A program made the position numbers and the translations under genes. A stretch of 46,953 nt of DNA from a virus (lineage: Duplodnaviria; Caudoviricetes). Shown here piece by piece: positions 36,540 to 45,836 of this stretch; the stretch's first letter is position 1; every line of letters begins with the position of its first letter. The stretch spans positions 1 through 46,953 of the IMG/VR virus record IMGVR_UViG_3300004093_000005. The stretch is one strand, 5' to 3'. Below the pieces are notes generated by a model. It ran no database searches and had not been told where the DNA came from. It worked only from the letters and a program-made list of their open reading frames with translations.

Positions 36540-37663
36540 CCTTCGCCATCCCCTCACTCCCCGATCTCGTCGAGCGTGCGCGCCGTGCCTTCCGCGGGGC
36601 TCTGCCCGGCTCGGATGCCTGGCTGTGGCCCAACAACATCGGCCCGTCCGCCAAGGTCATGGGCGGGTTGACGCATGAGGTGTTCGGATTCGCCGACTAC
36701 ATCGCGAAACAGAAATTCGCGCTGACGGCGGAGGGCGAAAACCTCGACATGCATGGTGCCGAGCTGGGGCTTGCCCGCCGACCGGCGACGCCATCGCAGG
36801 GACAGGCCGTGTTCACCGCACCTGCGGCATTGACGGTCGATCCGGGCGCCATCCTGCGCCGGGGCGACGGGGTGCAGTTCCGTGTCGTGGCTGGCGGCAG
36901 CCTGCCATCGGCGGGGACGATGACGCTCGACATTGCCTCGACAGGCACGGGCAAGGCGACGGTGACGCTGCCGGGCACCACGCTTTCGGCCGTGTCCGGC
37001 CTCATCGGGGTGGCGACGATCGAGGTTGGCGCCGCCGGGCTCGTCGGCGGCGCCGACGTGGAGCTGGATGGCGACCCGTTCACGTCTGACCTCGGTACCT
37101 TCCGCGGGCGCATCCTCTTCCGCAAGCGCAACCCACCGCAGGGCGGCTCGGCGGCGGACTATGTGATGTGGGCGTCTGAGGTCGGCGGCGTCACGCGCGT
37201 TTTCGTCGAGCGGCGCTGGTCGGGGCCGGGTACGGTGCGCGTCTTTCCGCTGATGCACGACCTCTTCGAGAGCGGCATCCCCGATGCCGCGAACGTGGAG
37301 CGGGTGGCCGAGCACATCGACGTGCTCGCGCCGGCCGGCGCCGTCGTCACGGTTGTGGCGCCGGTGCCGCGTGTCATCGACGTGACCATCGACGGGCTCG
37401 TGCCCGCCACGACAGCCGTGCAGGAGGCGGTGCTCGCCGAGCTCAAGGCGGCGTTCCGGCGGCAGGGCAGGGTGGCGGGCATCGACGTGCTGAGCCCCTC
37501 CATGCCGTACCTCGCCGCTTCCGCCACCTTCAGTCGCTCGTGGATATGGCAGGCGGTGGCCAATGCCAGCGGCGAGGAGCGGCACAGCATCGCGGCGCCG
37601 GCCGGCGACATCGGCCTCGTGCCCGGGGAATATCCGGTGCTCGGCGCCGTGGCCTTTACCTGA
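36536..37663 (+). CDS. Baseplate J/gp47 protein
   Basis: TAEGENLD.HG, GGAD.E, PPQGGS..DY..WA, GPGTVRV. Confidence 0.93.
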   Translation: MTFAIPSLPDLVERARRAFRGALPGSDAWLWPNNIGPSAKVMGGLTHEVFGFADYIAKQKFALTAEGENLDMHGAELGLARRPATPSQGQAVFTAPAALTVDPGAILRRGDGVQFRVVAGGSLPSAGTMTLDIASTGTGKATVTLPGTTLSAVSGLIGVATIEVGAAGLVGGADVELDGDPFTSDLGTFRGRILFRKRNPPQGGSAADYVMWASEVGGVTRVFVERRWSGPGTVRVFPLMHDLFESGIPDAANVERVAEHIDVLAPAGAVVTVVAPVPRVIDVTIDGLVPATTAVQEAVLAELKAAFRRQGRVAGIDVLSPSMPYLAASATFSRSWIWQAVANASGEERHSIAAPAGDIGLVPGEYPVLGAVAFT

Positions 37664-37675
37664 TGCGAGGCGCCG

Positions 37676-38371
37676 ATGTTCTGCCCGAGCAAAGACGACC
37701 TCATCCCGCAGGCGCTGGCGCTGCTGCCGCGCGGGCGCGCCTGGGGCACGCACGAGGGCGGCCCGGGGCCGGGGACGACGCTCTACAAGTATTGGGCGGC
37801 CGTCTGCGACGTGTTCGCCTTTGCCTGCCGGCGGCTCTGCGCGTTGCGCCTCGAATTCTGGTGCGCGACGCAGTCGGAGACCCGCGACCTCTGGATGGAA
37901 GAGTACGGCCTGCCTGATGAGTGCGACCCCTATCCCGACCTGTGCGCCAAGGTGGCGGCGCAGGGCGGGGCGCGGTGCGAGCACCTCGTTTCGGTCGCGG
38001 CCCGCGCCGGCTGGGTCATCGACTGCGCCGACGCGACCGATGCTTGCGGCGACGTGGCCGACTGTGCCGCCGCGGACTGCGCGGAGGCAGCCGGTGGGCC
38101 GCCGCTCAACACCATCGTCATTCGCGTCGACCTCGGCGCGTCGGACGCCTACGCCGGCGGCATCGAGACGGCGCCCTTCGCGGACGCCCTCGTCGCCGAC
38201 GGCTCCCTTGCCTGCGATCCGGACATCTCGCCCCTGCAATGCGTGCTGGATCGTGTCATCCACGCCCATCTCGCCGTCGAGTACATCCTCATCCCGCCGC
38301 CGATCTACCTGATGGCGGATGACGAGACGCACCTCGTCGACGAGGACGGCCGCCTCTTCGTTGCGGAGTGA
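37676..38371 (+). CDS. Baseplate wedge protein (Mu gp48/DUF2313-like), Cys-rich
   Basis: ALLPRGRAW, W.EEYGLPDEC, LQC.L.R..HAH. Confidence 0.82.
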   Translation: MFCPSKDDLIPQALALLPRGRAWGTHEGGPGPGTTLYKYWAAVCDVFAFACRRLCALRLEFWCATQSETRDLWMEEYGLPDECDPYPDLCAKVAAQGGARCEHLVSVAARAGWVIDCADATDACGDVADCAAADCAEAAGGPPLNTIVIRVDLGASDAYAGGIETAPFADALVADGSLACDPDISPLQCVLDRVIHAHLAVEYILIPPPIYLMADDETHLVDEDGRLFVAE

Positions 38372-38377
38372 CCATCC

Positions 38378-39370
38378 ATGACCGATCTTCTCGGGCCTGC
38401 CTCGGCCATCAATGCCGTCACGACGCGCCCCAGCGACACGCGGGTGTTCGGCGAGAACGACACCTGGTTCAAGCCCTGTACCTCGCCGAGCCAACAGGAC
38501 GGGACGCGGATCACCGCCAACTTCCTGAATGGCATCCTGGCGCAGATCCGCCGGGCAATCGTCGGCATGGGCGTGGACATCGACAATGCCGACGACGACA
38601 TGCTGCTCAAGGCGATCCAGGCAGCAACGTCCGATATTGACGCCGTCACCAAGAGCGACGCGCGCGCCAACTTGCTGCTCTTCCCCGAGGTGATCACCCC
38701 GGGGGCAGGCGGCCGGGTGAGCATCACGAGCTCGGCCGGGCAGGTTGTCGTCGGGGCGATCGACGTCATCATCTGGCGCGGGGTGTTCCGGATCGACCTG
38801 TCCACGTTCACGGCCGGCAGCCGCACCTTCGCGACCTCGGCCAGCAAGACATATCATTTGCGCTGGCACGCCAGCGGCACGGGCCTCGCGACGCCGGCAG
38901 CGTCGTTCCCCAACGGGCGCCTCGTGCTGCGCGACCTGGCGGATGCCGGCTACAACCCGGCCACCCTCGCCGAGAGCCACGCGTTCTTCGACAGCACCTA
39001 TGACGACGCGTTGCTCGCGCACGTGGCGACCAACCCGTCCAACATCCCGACCGTGACTGCGCTGGCGAACCTCAACCGCCTGTTCCTCACGGCGCGCAAG
39101 TCGGGCCTGCCGGCCAACCTCGGGCTCGGGACGCTCGCCTACACGGCGACGCAGGATGTCAACTGGTCGCGCACGCCGCAGATGCAAGTTGTGACGGGCG
39201 CGGTCCAGGCCGATGCTTCGCCGGCCGCCGGGATGGATCACATTGCGAATGCCATCGATCAGATCTCGGTTTCTCGCTACGTGGCTTCGGGGCGCGTGCG
39301 CACCGATTGGCGATCGGACGCGACCTTCGCGTCCAGCAGCGGCTACCTCGACTTCAATCTTGCAGCGTGA
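38378..39370 (+). CDS. Tail fiber protein
   Basis: Mu-type fiber N-terminus GT.ITANFLN...LLKAIQ; position after gp48. Confidence 0.75.
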   Translation: MTDLLGPASAINAVTTRPSDTRVFGENDTWFKPCTSPSQQDGTRITANFLNGILAQIRRAIVGMGVDIDNADDDMLLKAIQAATSDIDAVTKSDARANLLLFPEVITPGAGGRVSITSSAGQVVVGAIDVIIWRGVFRIDLSTFTAGSRTFATSASKTYHLRWHASGTGLATPAASFPNGRLVLRDLADAGYNPATLAESHAFFDSTYDDALLAHVATNPSNIPTVTALANLNRLFLTARKSGLPANLGLGTLAYTATQDVNWSRTPQMQVVTGAVQADASPAAGMDHIANAIDQISVSRYVASGRVRTDWRSDATFASSSGYLDFNLAA

Positions 39371-39379
39371 GGACGGAAG

Positions 39380-40339
39380 ATGCCCCTCGAGCAACGCGTT
39401 CGCATCGATCAGCGCCCGACGCTTCCCGAGGTGCTTCTCGCCGACCTGATCGCGGGCTCGCGCGACCAGCAGGCGATCAACTGGACGGCCGAGACGCTGC
39501 TGAAATTCGTCACCGACGCTCGCGTCTTCGAGCAGCCGGACGGGACGGACTTCAACGCGCTGCTCGCGCCAGGCACGCATTTCGTCACGACCGGGACGAA
39601 TGCGCCGGTTGCCGGTGCGGGAAACCGGTGGGCCGTCGAGGTCATCCTCGACCCGACGACCGAGACCCTGATGCAGAGGGCCTCGCTGCTCGAAGGCGGG
39701 ACGGCACTGATCATCGGCCACCGTCGGCGCACCGGCGCCGGGGTGTGGGAGAACTGGCTCGGCGGCAGCGTGCGTCCCGAGGACGTCGGCTGGGACGATC
39801 CGAACTGGTTCTCCGACAAGATCAACCTGAAAGAGGTGATCATCGCCATTGGTGAGTGGCTCTATGCCCTCGACAGGGGCGTTGGTGACATCTACCCCGT
39901 GACGCGCACGACGCTGCGCGACAATGAACTGAAGGCAAATGGCGCCCTTCTCAGTCGCGCCTCCTATCCCGAGCTGTGGGCCCATGCCCAGTCGTCGGGG
40001 TTGCTGGTGACCGAGGCCAACTGGTCGTCGAACAATCAGGGCTCGTTCTCCTCCGGGGACGGGTCGACGACGTTCCGCATTCCCGATCTGCGCGGCGACT
40101 TCCTGCGCGGCTGGGATGACGGTCGCGGCGTGGACAGCGGCCGTGTTGCCGGCACGTTCCAAGGGTTTGCGATCCAGTCCCACGTCCATCCCATCGCCGG
40201 TTACGAAGGCTCGACCGGCGGTGGGACTGGCGCGACCGTGCTCCGCCAAACGGGCGGGACCTTCAACGTCGGTTCCACGGGAGGCTCGGAAACGCGACCC
40301 CGGAACGTCGCGTACATGGTCGTCATTCGGTTCCGTTGA
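39380..40339 (+). CDS. Tail fiber protein with tail-collar domain
   Basis: NGALLSRASYPELW...GDGSTTFRIPDLRGDFLRGWD.GRGVD, SHVH, ETRPRNVA. Confidence 0.88.
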   Translation: MPLEQRVRIDQRPTLPEVLLADLIAGSRDQQAINWTAETLLKFVTDARVFEQPDGTDFNALLAPGTHFVTTGTNAPVAGAGNRWAVEVILDPTTETLMQRASLLEGGTALIIGHRRRTGAGVWENWLGGSVRPEDVGWDDPNWFSDKINLKEVIIAIGEWLYALDRGVGDIYPVTRTTLRDNELKANGALLSRASYPELWAHAQSSGLLVTEANWSSNNQGSFSSGDGSTTFRIPDLRGDFLRGWDDGRGVDSGRVAGTFQGFAIQSHVHPIAGYEGSTGGGTGATVLRQTGGTFNVGSTGGSETRPRNVAYMVVIRFR

Positions 40340-40348
40340 GGTGCACCG

Positions 40349-40885
40349 ATGCTGGTCTATTGCTTCGACTATCGCACGCGCGAATTCGTCGGTGCCTGTG
40401 AGCTAGGTCCGACCGACGTCGATCCGCGTAACCCCGACGCATTCTTGGTGCCCGGCAATGCGGTGGCGGATCCTCCTCCTGCGCTGGAAGACAAGCAGGC
40501 CGCGGTCTGGGGTGGTGCCGAATGGAGCATCGTGCCCGACCACCGCGACGAGATCTGGTGGGATCAAGGAGGGCGACCCGTCGTCATCGAGGAACTGGGT
40601 GACCCGTCGGCGCTGGGCTTGTCGCCAGACGCGCCGCCGCCCCCGATCCCGGAGATCACGCGTCGGCAGCTCCGGCTCTGGATGCTCAATGCGGGGCACG
40701 ACGACGCCGCGATCCGGGCGGCCATAGCCACGTTGGACGAACCTGATCGCTCCCACGCCCTGATCGAATACGAGGACGCGACGACGTTCCAGCGGTCGCA
40801 CCATCTGTTCGACCTGCTCGGGCCAGCCTTCGGCTTGGCCTCGGCCGACATCGACCAGGCATTTCGAGAGGCCGCCCTGCTCTAG
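40349..40885 (+). CDS. Tail fiber assembly-like protein
   Basis: EFVG...FLVPGNA...PP...W.IVPDHR (Tfa-like N-terminus); ITRRQLRL...IDQAF C-terminus. Confidence 0.75.
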   Translation: MLVYCFDYRTREFVGACELGPTDVDPRNPDAFLVPGNAVADPPPALEDKQAAVWGGAEWSIVPDHRDEIWWDQGGRPVVIEELGDPSALGLSPDAPPPPIPEITRRQLRLWMLNAGHDDAAIRAAIATLDEPDRSHALIEYEDATTFQRSHHLFDLLGPAFGLASADIDQAFREAALL

Positions 40886-40945
40886 CCTACTTGCCTTCTC
40901 CGCCGGGCTCCCGGTATCTCAGTGGCGGGGACATGGGGCTGGGAC

Positions 40946-41986
40946 ATGAGAAGTGCTCGGGCGGCGCTGATGCGCCGCTACGGTGACACCGATTTCGTGA
41001 CGGGTATGAGGGCCTATGCGGCGCTCGGCGTGGTTTTGATCCACTCCGGCGGTGCAGGGCTGTTGGCCTTCGGGGAGATCGGAGAACGCCTCACGGTCCT
41101 CGGCGCGATGGGTGTACAGGCGTTTTTCGTCATCAGTGGCTTCAGCGTCAGCCACTCCCTCGCGGCGTCGGCGACGACGGGGCAGTACCTCGTCAGACGC
41201 CTGTTCCGCCTTCTCCCGCCGTACTACGCGGCGCTCCTTGCCTATGGCATCCCGTGGGGCGCTTCCGCCGAGAACCTCGCGGTCCATTTCGCGCTGATCG
41301 ATTGGCTGTGGCCGGAGTTCGGGAACAGGATCATCAGCATCGAGTGGACTATTCCCGTCGAGGCCTTCTGGTATCTGCTTGTGCCCGTCATGCTCGCGAT
41401 TGCGTCGCGCGGGCCTCTGCATTGCCTCGCCATGCTCACCGTCGCTTTTCTCTCGGCGCACCCGCTCTATGCGGCGGCGCGCCTCGCCGGGATGGACCGC
41501 GAGCTGTTCTTCCACGGCCCGCTCGCCCATGCTTTCCCGTTTGCCGTCGGCGTGGCCGCCTATCTGGTGCGCTGGCACTGTCCGCCGACGAGCAACGTGG
41601 TCGCGACTGCGGCAGTAGGTTTTGCCGTTTTGCTGCTTGCCGTGCATGCAACGTTCGGCGTCGGCATGCCGCATATGGTTGCGATCCTCGCAACCGGCGT
41701 GGTCATCATCTTCGGCAGAGGCGAGGCGCTCGCTGTCCGGGCGTTGCTACTCAACCCTGTCGTGCTCCTCGTCGGCACCGTGAGCTATAGCGTCTACCTG
41801 GTGCACTTCGGTGTGGTCATCCAGACGCGAGCCTATGTCTCCGATCCGCTGCTCGTGTTCGTGGTTGGCGCCGTGGCCTCAGTTCTCGTGTCCTGCGTCA
41901 CCTACCTGCTGATCGAACGACCCGCGATCAGGCTCGGCTCGGCGTGTGTCAGGGCCATGCAACGGCGCTCACCGCGCACGGCCTGA
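40946..41986 (+). CDS. Acyltransferase-3 (OafA-like) membrane O-acyltransferase
   Basis: GMRAYAAL.V..H, GVQAFFVISGF, RRLFRLLPPY, WTIPVEAFWY, SYSVYLVH, YLLIERP; start uncertain (40922/40946/40970). Confidence 0.9.
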   Translation: MRSARAALMRRYGDTDFVTGMRAYAALGVVLIHSGGAGLLAFGEIGERLTVLGAMGVQAFFVISGFSVSHSLAASATTGQYLVRRLFRLLPPYYAALLAYGIPWGASAENLAVHFALIDWLWPEFGNRIISIEWTIPVEAFWYLLVPVMLAIASRGPLHCLAMLTVAFLSAHPLYAAARLAGMDRELFFHGPLAHAFPFAVGVAAYLVRWHCPPTSNVVATAAVGFAVLLLAVHATFGVGMPHMVAILATGVVIIFGRGEALAVRALLLNPVVLLVGTVSYSVYLVHFGVVIQTRAYVSDPLLVFVVGAVASVLVSCVTYLLIERPAIRLGSACVRAMQRRSPRTA

Positions 41987-42007
41987 CGCCCTTCCAAGGA
42001 CATCGAT

Positions 42008-42523
42008 ATGGATCTCGTTGTGACGGCGCTTGCCTGCGCCGCGCTCAATCGCGCGCGCGGCGACGACAGATGGATGCCCGACTGGCTCCGCGGCCGGGCG
42101 CTCTACTACACGGCGCCGCTGATCGGCGCCATCGCCGCCATCTTGGGCGGCATCTCCTTCGGGGCGGCCTTTGGGGCCGCCTTTTTCGTTTGGGCCGTCG
42201 GCCCGTGGGGGCATCTCATCGGGCTCGGCCGCTTTGCGCCGGATCGCCCGGCGACGAGCCTCGAGGCGGTGCTCATCGAGATGGCAGCAGGGAATGTGCA
42301 TGTCGCGCTCGGCCTGCGGCACCTCTTCGCCCTGCCGGGGCTGATGCTCGCGGCTGCCATCGCCGGGGAGCTTCTGCTCGGCGTCGCGGCGGCGCTCGCC
42401 TTCTCGGCGCTCGCGACCGGCGCCTATGAGATCGCATGGCGGCTGCGGCCCTCCAATCCGATCATCGTCGCCGAGCTGCTGACGGGCGCCCTGTGGGGCG
42501 GCCTCGCCGTCGCGCTGGCGTAA
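42008..42523 (+). CDS. Multi-pass membrane protein of unknown function
   Basis: 171 aa, several hydrophobic segments, AAGGA RBS. Confidence 0.7.
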   Translation: MDLVVTALACAALNRARGDDRWMPDWLRGRALYYTAPLIGAIAAILGGISFGAAFGAAFFVWAVGPWGHLIGLGRFAPDRPATSLEAVLIEMAAGNVHVALGLRHLFALPGLMLAAAIAGELLLGVAAALAFSALATGAYEIAWRLRPSNPIIVAELLTGALWGGLAVALA

Positions 42524-42526
42524 TCG

Positions 42527-42649
42527 ATGGCCCGGCTCATTCTCGCCGCCGTGCTCGCGGCGGCACTCGTCGCCTGCGCCCATCGCCCAATCCATGGCGG
42601 CGATCCGGCCGGCCCCGCGATCTTCGGACGCCAATTGATGGGGTTCTGA
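42527..42649 (+). CDS. Small lipoprotein (not in ORF track)
   Basis: MARLILAAVLAAALVA-C lipobox, 40 aa, fills the gap exactly. Confidence 0.6.
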   Translation: MARLILAAVLAAALVACAHRPIHGGDPAGPAIFGRQLMGF

Positions 42650-42650
42650 C

Positions 42651-42869
42651 ATGCGCCTTGTCGACAACTGGCGCGTCGTGCTGCAGCGCGCCTGGAGCAT
42701 CCGGCTGCTCATTCTGGGCGGCCTCCTTTCCGGCCTCGAGGTGGCGCTGCCGCTGATCGGCGGCGTCATGCCGATCCCGCCCGGCCTCTTCGCGGGCCTG
42801 TCGCTCCTCGTCACGGCGGCGGCTTTCGTCGCCCGCCTCGTCGCCCAGAAATCCGTATCAGGAGAATGA
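42651..42869 (+). CDS. Holin
   Basis: MRLVDNWR..L.RAWSIRL, two TM helices, ARLVAQ; precedes the endolysin. Confidence 0.8.
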   Translation: MRLVDNWRVVLQRAWSIRLLILGGLLSGLEVALPLIGGVMPIPPGLFAGLSLLVTAAAFVARLVAQKSVSGE

Positions 42870-43375
42870 CTATGAGCAGGCGAGCGAAAACCGCCTTGGC
42901 GTCCGGACTCGGCCTCGTGGCGCTGACCGCGACGTTCTTGACCGCGCCCTGGGAGGGAAATGAGAACCTTGCCTACTACGACCGCCTCGGAAAGGTTTGG
43001 ACCGTCTGTTTCGGCGAGACGAAGGGCGTAAAGCCCGGCGACCGCTACACCGATGAGGAGTGTCTGCGCAAGCTCTACACGCGGCTCGAATACGACTTCC
43101 GGCGGCCCCTGCAGAAGTGCATCCGCGAATTCGACGCCGCACCGGTCAGTGTGCAGGCTTCCATGCTCGACCTCTCCTACAACGTCGGCGTCGGCGCGGC
43201 CTGCAACTCGACAGCGGCGCGTCTGATTGCAACAGGCGACATGCGCGGAGCCTGCTACGCAATGACTCGGTTCAATCGTGCCGGCGGCAAGATCATCGAG
43301 GGGCTGAAGCGGCGCCGCGAGTACGGCGATACCAACCGCATCGGTGAGCTCGAGTTGTGCCTGGCGGGGCTATGA
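42866..43375 (+). CDS. Endolysin, GH24 lysozyme (probable SAR type)
   Basis: Gly/Ala-rich N-terminal TM, then EG.......YD...VWTVC.GET catalytic region, YNVG, GL.RRR. Confidence 0.92.
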   Translation: MTMSRRAKTALASGLGLVALTATFLTAPWEGNENLAYYDRLGKVWTVCFGETKGVKPGDRYTDEECLRKLYTRLEYDFRRPLQKCIREFDAAPVSVQASMLDLSYNVGVGAACNSTAARLIATGDMRGACYAMTRFNRAGGKIIEGLKRRREYGDTNRIGELELCLAGL

Positions 43376-43376
43376 C

Positions 43377-43751
43377 ATGCTCGCCGCCCTCAAGTTGTCG
43401 CGGCCGCTCGTCGCCGGCCTCATCGTCCTCGGGCTCCTCCTGCTCGCCTCCCTCGGCTTCTGGCGCGGCATGGCGGCAATCGACCGCATGGAGCAGCGCG
43501 CCGCCGACGCCGCTCGTGCCGAGCGCGATGCCCACTGGCGCGCCGAGATCGAAAAGGCCAACGCCGCCGTGGAGCGCGCCAAGGCCGAGCAGGCGACGCG
43601 CGTTGCCCAGATCGAGGTCAGGACCGCTGTCGAAATCGCCCGCCTCAACGCCGAGCTCGACGACCTGGAGAAGATGAATGCGGCTCTCCCGAATGCTGAT
43701 GCTTGCGGCCTCGACCGCGATCGTAGCCGCCTGCTCAACGGCGCCCGATAG
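43377..43751 (+). CDS. i-spanin (Rz-like)
   Basis: N-terminal TM followed by a coiled coil and a C-terminal Cys. Confidence 0.8.
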   Translation: MLAALKLSRPLVAGLIVLGLLLLASLGFWRGMAAIDRMEQRAADAARAERDAHWRAEIEKANAAVERAKAEQATRVAQIEVRTAVEIARLNAELDDLEKMNAALPNADACGLDRDRSRLLNGAR

Positions 43752-43962
43752 GCCGGTGATCAAGACTGCGTTCGTGCGGCCGCAGGTGCCGGCGGCGGCG
43801 CGGGAACCATGCCCCGAGCCAGTGGCGGTGCCTGACCGGCGCCTCTCGCAGCAGGAGGTGGTGTCGCTGTGGGGGCGCGACCGGGCCGCCCTGCGCATGT
43901 GCGAGCCGCGGCGCCGGGCCGCGGTGGAGTCCGTCGACGCCGCAGGGGAGGGCGCGCCGTGA
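43678..43962 (+). CDS. o-spanin (Rz1-like lipoprotein)
   Basis: Overlaps the Rz 3' end; lipobox IVAA-C; Pro-rich, PCPEP and ALRMCE. Confidence 0.8.
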   Translation: MRLSRMLMLAASTAIVAACSTAPDRPVIKTAFVRPQVPAAAREPCPEPVAVPDRRLSQQEVVSLWGRDRAALRMCEPRRRAAVESVDAAGEGAP

Positions 43963-44270
43963 GCAAGTGGCTGGAGGGCAGGAACCTGAACACGCTCCTG
44001 GGGCTCATCCAGATTGCCGCCCTGATCGCCGGGCTCGCCTATGGGTGGTCGCAGATCGAGAACAACGACAAGCGCCATGCCGAGGCGATCGCCAAGCTCG
44101 AGGACGCGGACCGGGAATTGAAGAAGGAGATTTCGACCGTCCGCGACCGCGCCGACGCCAAGCTCGAGATCCTCACCCGGGACATGGGGGAGGTGAAGGC
44201 GAGCCTGCGCGAGATCAACACCAACCTGAAATGGATCATCAGCAACGCGCCGCGTACCGGCCAGCCGTGA
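43959..44270 (+). CDS. Single-TM coiled-coil protein
   Basis: GTG start overlapping the Rz1 stop; TM helix plus heptad region. Confidence 0.65.
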   Translation: MSKWLEGRNLNTLLGLIQIAALIAGLAYGWSQIENNDKRHAEAIAKLEDADRELKKEISTVRDRADAKLEILTRDMGEVKASLREINTNLKWIISNAPRTGQP

Positions 44271-44393
44271 CGGCCTCGCGCCAGCTTCGGCCGCCATCCT
44301 GCCCAGGACGAATCGGCGCGGCGCGCCCTAAAAGATCCGGATAGTCCGGATGCCGAGCGGCTCCTGTTGGCCGCTCTGTACGTTGCCTGACTT

Positions 44394-44427
44394 GCCCCGC
44401 TCGGCTTCGGCCGGGCGGGGGCTTTTT
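44394..44427 (+). terminator. Intrinsic terminator ending the late operon
   Basis: GCCCCGCTCGGC-TTCG-GCCGGGCGGGG(G)C-TTTTT. Confidence 0.85.
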
Positions 44428-44451
44428 GCGCTTCGGGGCACGTGCTGCCGA

Positions 44452-44727
44452 TCAACCAGCCTCCCCTCCCTCGGCGATCTTCCAGGCCGGCCGAGCATCT
44501 GGGTGCACGGTGAGTTTGATGCGCTTGCCGTTGCAAACTTTGCATCTCAGGCGTGGCGCCAGGTGCTTGTGCAAGGTGCTGTGATCTGGGCCTAGGCGTT
44601 CAGCGAGCGCGTGCAGGTCTAGCTCCTGCGAATTTCCGCACTCGAAATTGAGGCAGTACGCCGTGATGCGGTGCCCGTACCGGATGCATTCTGCGATCGT
44701 GTTGATCGTGATCGAGCGGCCCGACAT
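44452..44727 (-). CDS. Small zinc-ribbon protein
   Basis: YCLNFEC...LRCKVC; GGAGGGG RBS. Confidence 0.75.
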   Translation of the reverse strand: MSGRSITINTIAECIRYGHRITAYCLNFECGNSQELDLHALAERLGPDHSTLHKHLAPRLRCKVCNGKRIKLTVHPDARPAWKIAEGGEAG

Positions 44728-44749
44728 GACGCCCCTCCGAGATGGAAAT

Positions 44750-44764
44750 GTTTCCATTATGTTC
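44750..44764 (-). promoter_or_regulatory. Putative alphaproteobacterial LexA (SOS) box
   Basis: GAAC-N7-AAAC, one mismatch to GAAC-N7-GAAC, overlapping a CATAAT -10-like hexamer. Confidence 0.55.
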
Positions 44765-44900
44765 TCATCGGCCCTTCAAGCATCCCTTGTTTCCGCGGAA
44801 GGGGCTCATTCGCATATTCCAGAGGCCATTTTCACGCTTGGACGATTTAGAGACCGGGGGTAAAACGGTGCGCCCTTTAAAATTCATACAGTAGGCTTGC

Positions 44901-45836
44901 TTGGTGTCCGCTGACAAACTCGGAAAGGCGGCTCAGTCGTGGATCAACGACAGTTACCCACTGCACCGGAGGGCAGCGCAGTGGCTGAGGGGCCTATACT
45001 ATAATCGTGTCCCTCGGCACTTCAGGCCTGCGGGCCTTACCCATTTTGTATTGAAATCTGGCTTGGCCGCTTCGGCGCCGGTCCTCGCATGGCTCTATGG
45101 AACTATCTCAGGCGGTAAGGCAACTATTATCGGGGCCGCGCTATTTTTTCTCCACAGCGTCGTCTCTTTCTTCGATGCACTTTCAATAGAGAAGAATAGC
45201 CAAACCGATGAGAATGACTTTGTTCTTCGCATCGGGGACCTTCTCGCCTCGCATAAGGTTGGGGGGACGCTGCAAGACAGCGACCGTGATGGCGCTATAC
45301 GAGCTTGCCTCGGAATGCTGGAGATCGTTGCTCGGCACGTCACCAAGTCGAGAAGGGGCGAGATTTCGGTGTCTCTGGTCCAATATGTAGGCAGCAGTCG
45401 CTCTCGAATGAAGGTCCGCTATCGGAACACTGGCAACACGAGACCGGTTAATCGCGAGGTGGACGCGAATCGAATGTTGGGGCACAATGTGTGTGTGTGC
45501 GGTGCTTTGCCCCGTGTCTTGCACGATCTGCGGGAGATTGAGAAAAGTTCCATTCAGAGCCCTACGCAGTCAAAGATAGATTACAGGTCTATATTCTTCC
45601 TGCCTATCAAAGTGGGCGAGGGGGAGAGACAGGAAGTCAAGGGGTTTGTTTCGATAGATTGTAAGCGTCCGTATGCTTTTTATGGGAATAGGGCGAGGGA
45701 AATAGTTGTTGATTGTGAGCCGATACTGAACCACATCGGAGAACTCATTCAGGAGGCTACGAATGGGCGCGGCCGTCAAAGAACGTCCGGTAAGCGAGCG
45801 GCTCACAAGTCAGTCGCGGCAGTTGCAGGAGCTTAG
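44901..45836 (+). CDS. Membrane-anchored protein with putative GAF-like C-terminal domain
   Basis: Two hydrophobic helices, then YRSIFFLPI...KGFVSIDC..PYAF; clearly lower GC; TTGGAC-17-TAAAAC promoter-like element at 44838-44866. Confidence 0.7.
   Translation: MVSADKLGKAAQSWINDSYPLHRRAAQWLRGLYYNRVPRHFRPAGLTHFVLKSGLAASAPVLAWLYGTISGGKATIIGAALFFLHSVVSFFDALSIEKNSQTDENDFVLRIGDLLASHKVGGTLQDSDRDGAIRACLGMLEIVARHVTKSRRGEISVSLVQYVGSSRSRMKVRYRNTGNTRPVNREVDANRMLGHNVCVCGALPRVLHDLREIEKSSIQSPTQSKIDYRSIFFLPIKVGEGERQEVKGFVSIDCKRPYAFYGNRAREIVVDCEPILNHIGELIQEATNGRGRQRTSGKRAAHKSVAAVAGA

Noticed and set aside
36554-40249. 1231-aa minus-strand ORF, and similar long ORFs at 6114-8495, 10265-12169, 27059-29734 and 32990-35002
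   Set aside because: Antisense shadows of real high-GC genes; no recognisable motifs
38378-40885. Diversity-generating retroelement or invertible fiber switch
   Set aside because: No reverse transcriptase or invertase, and I saw no TR/VR or inverted-repeat pair
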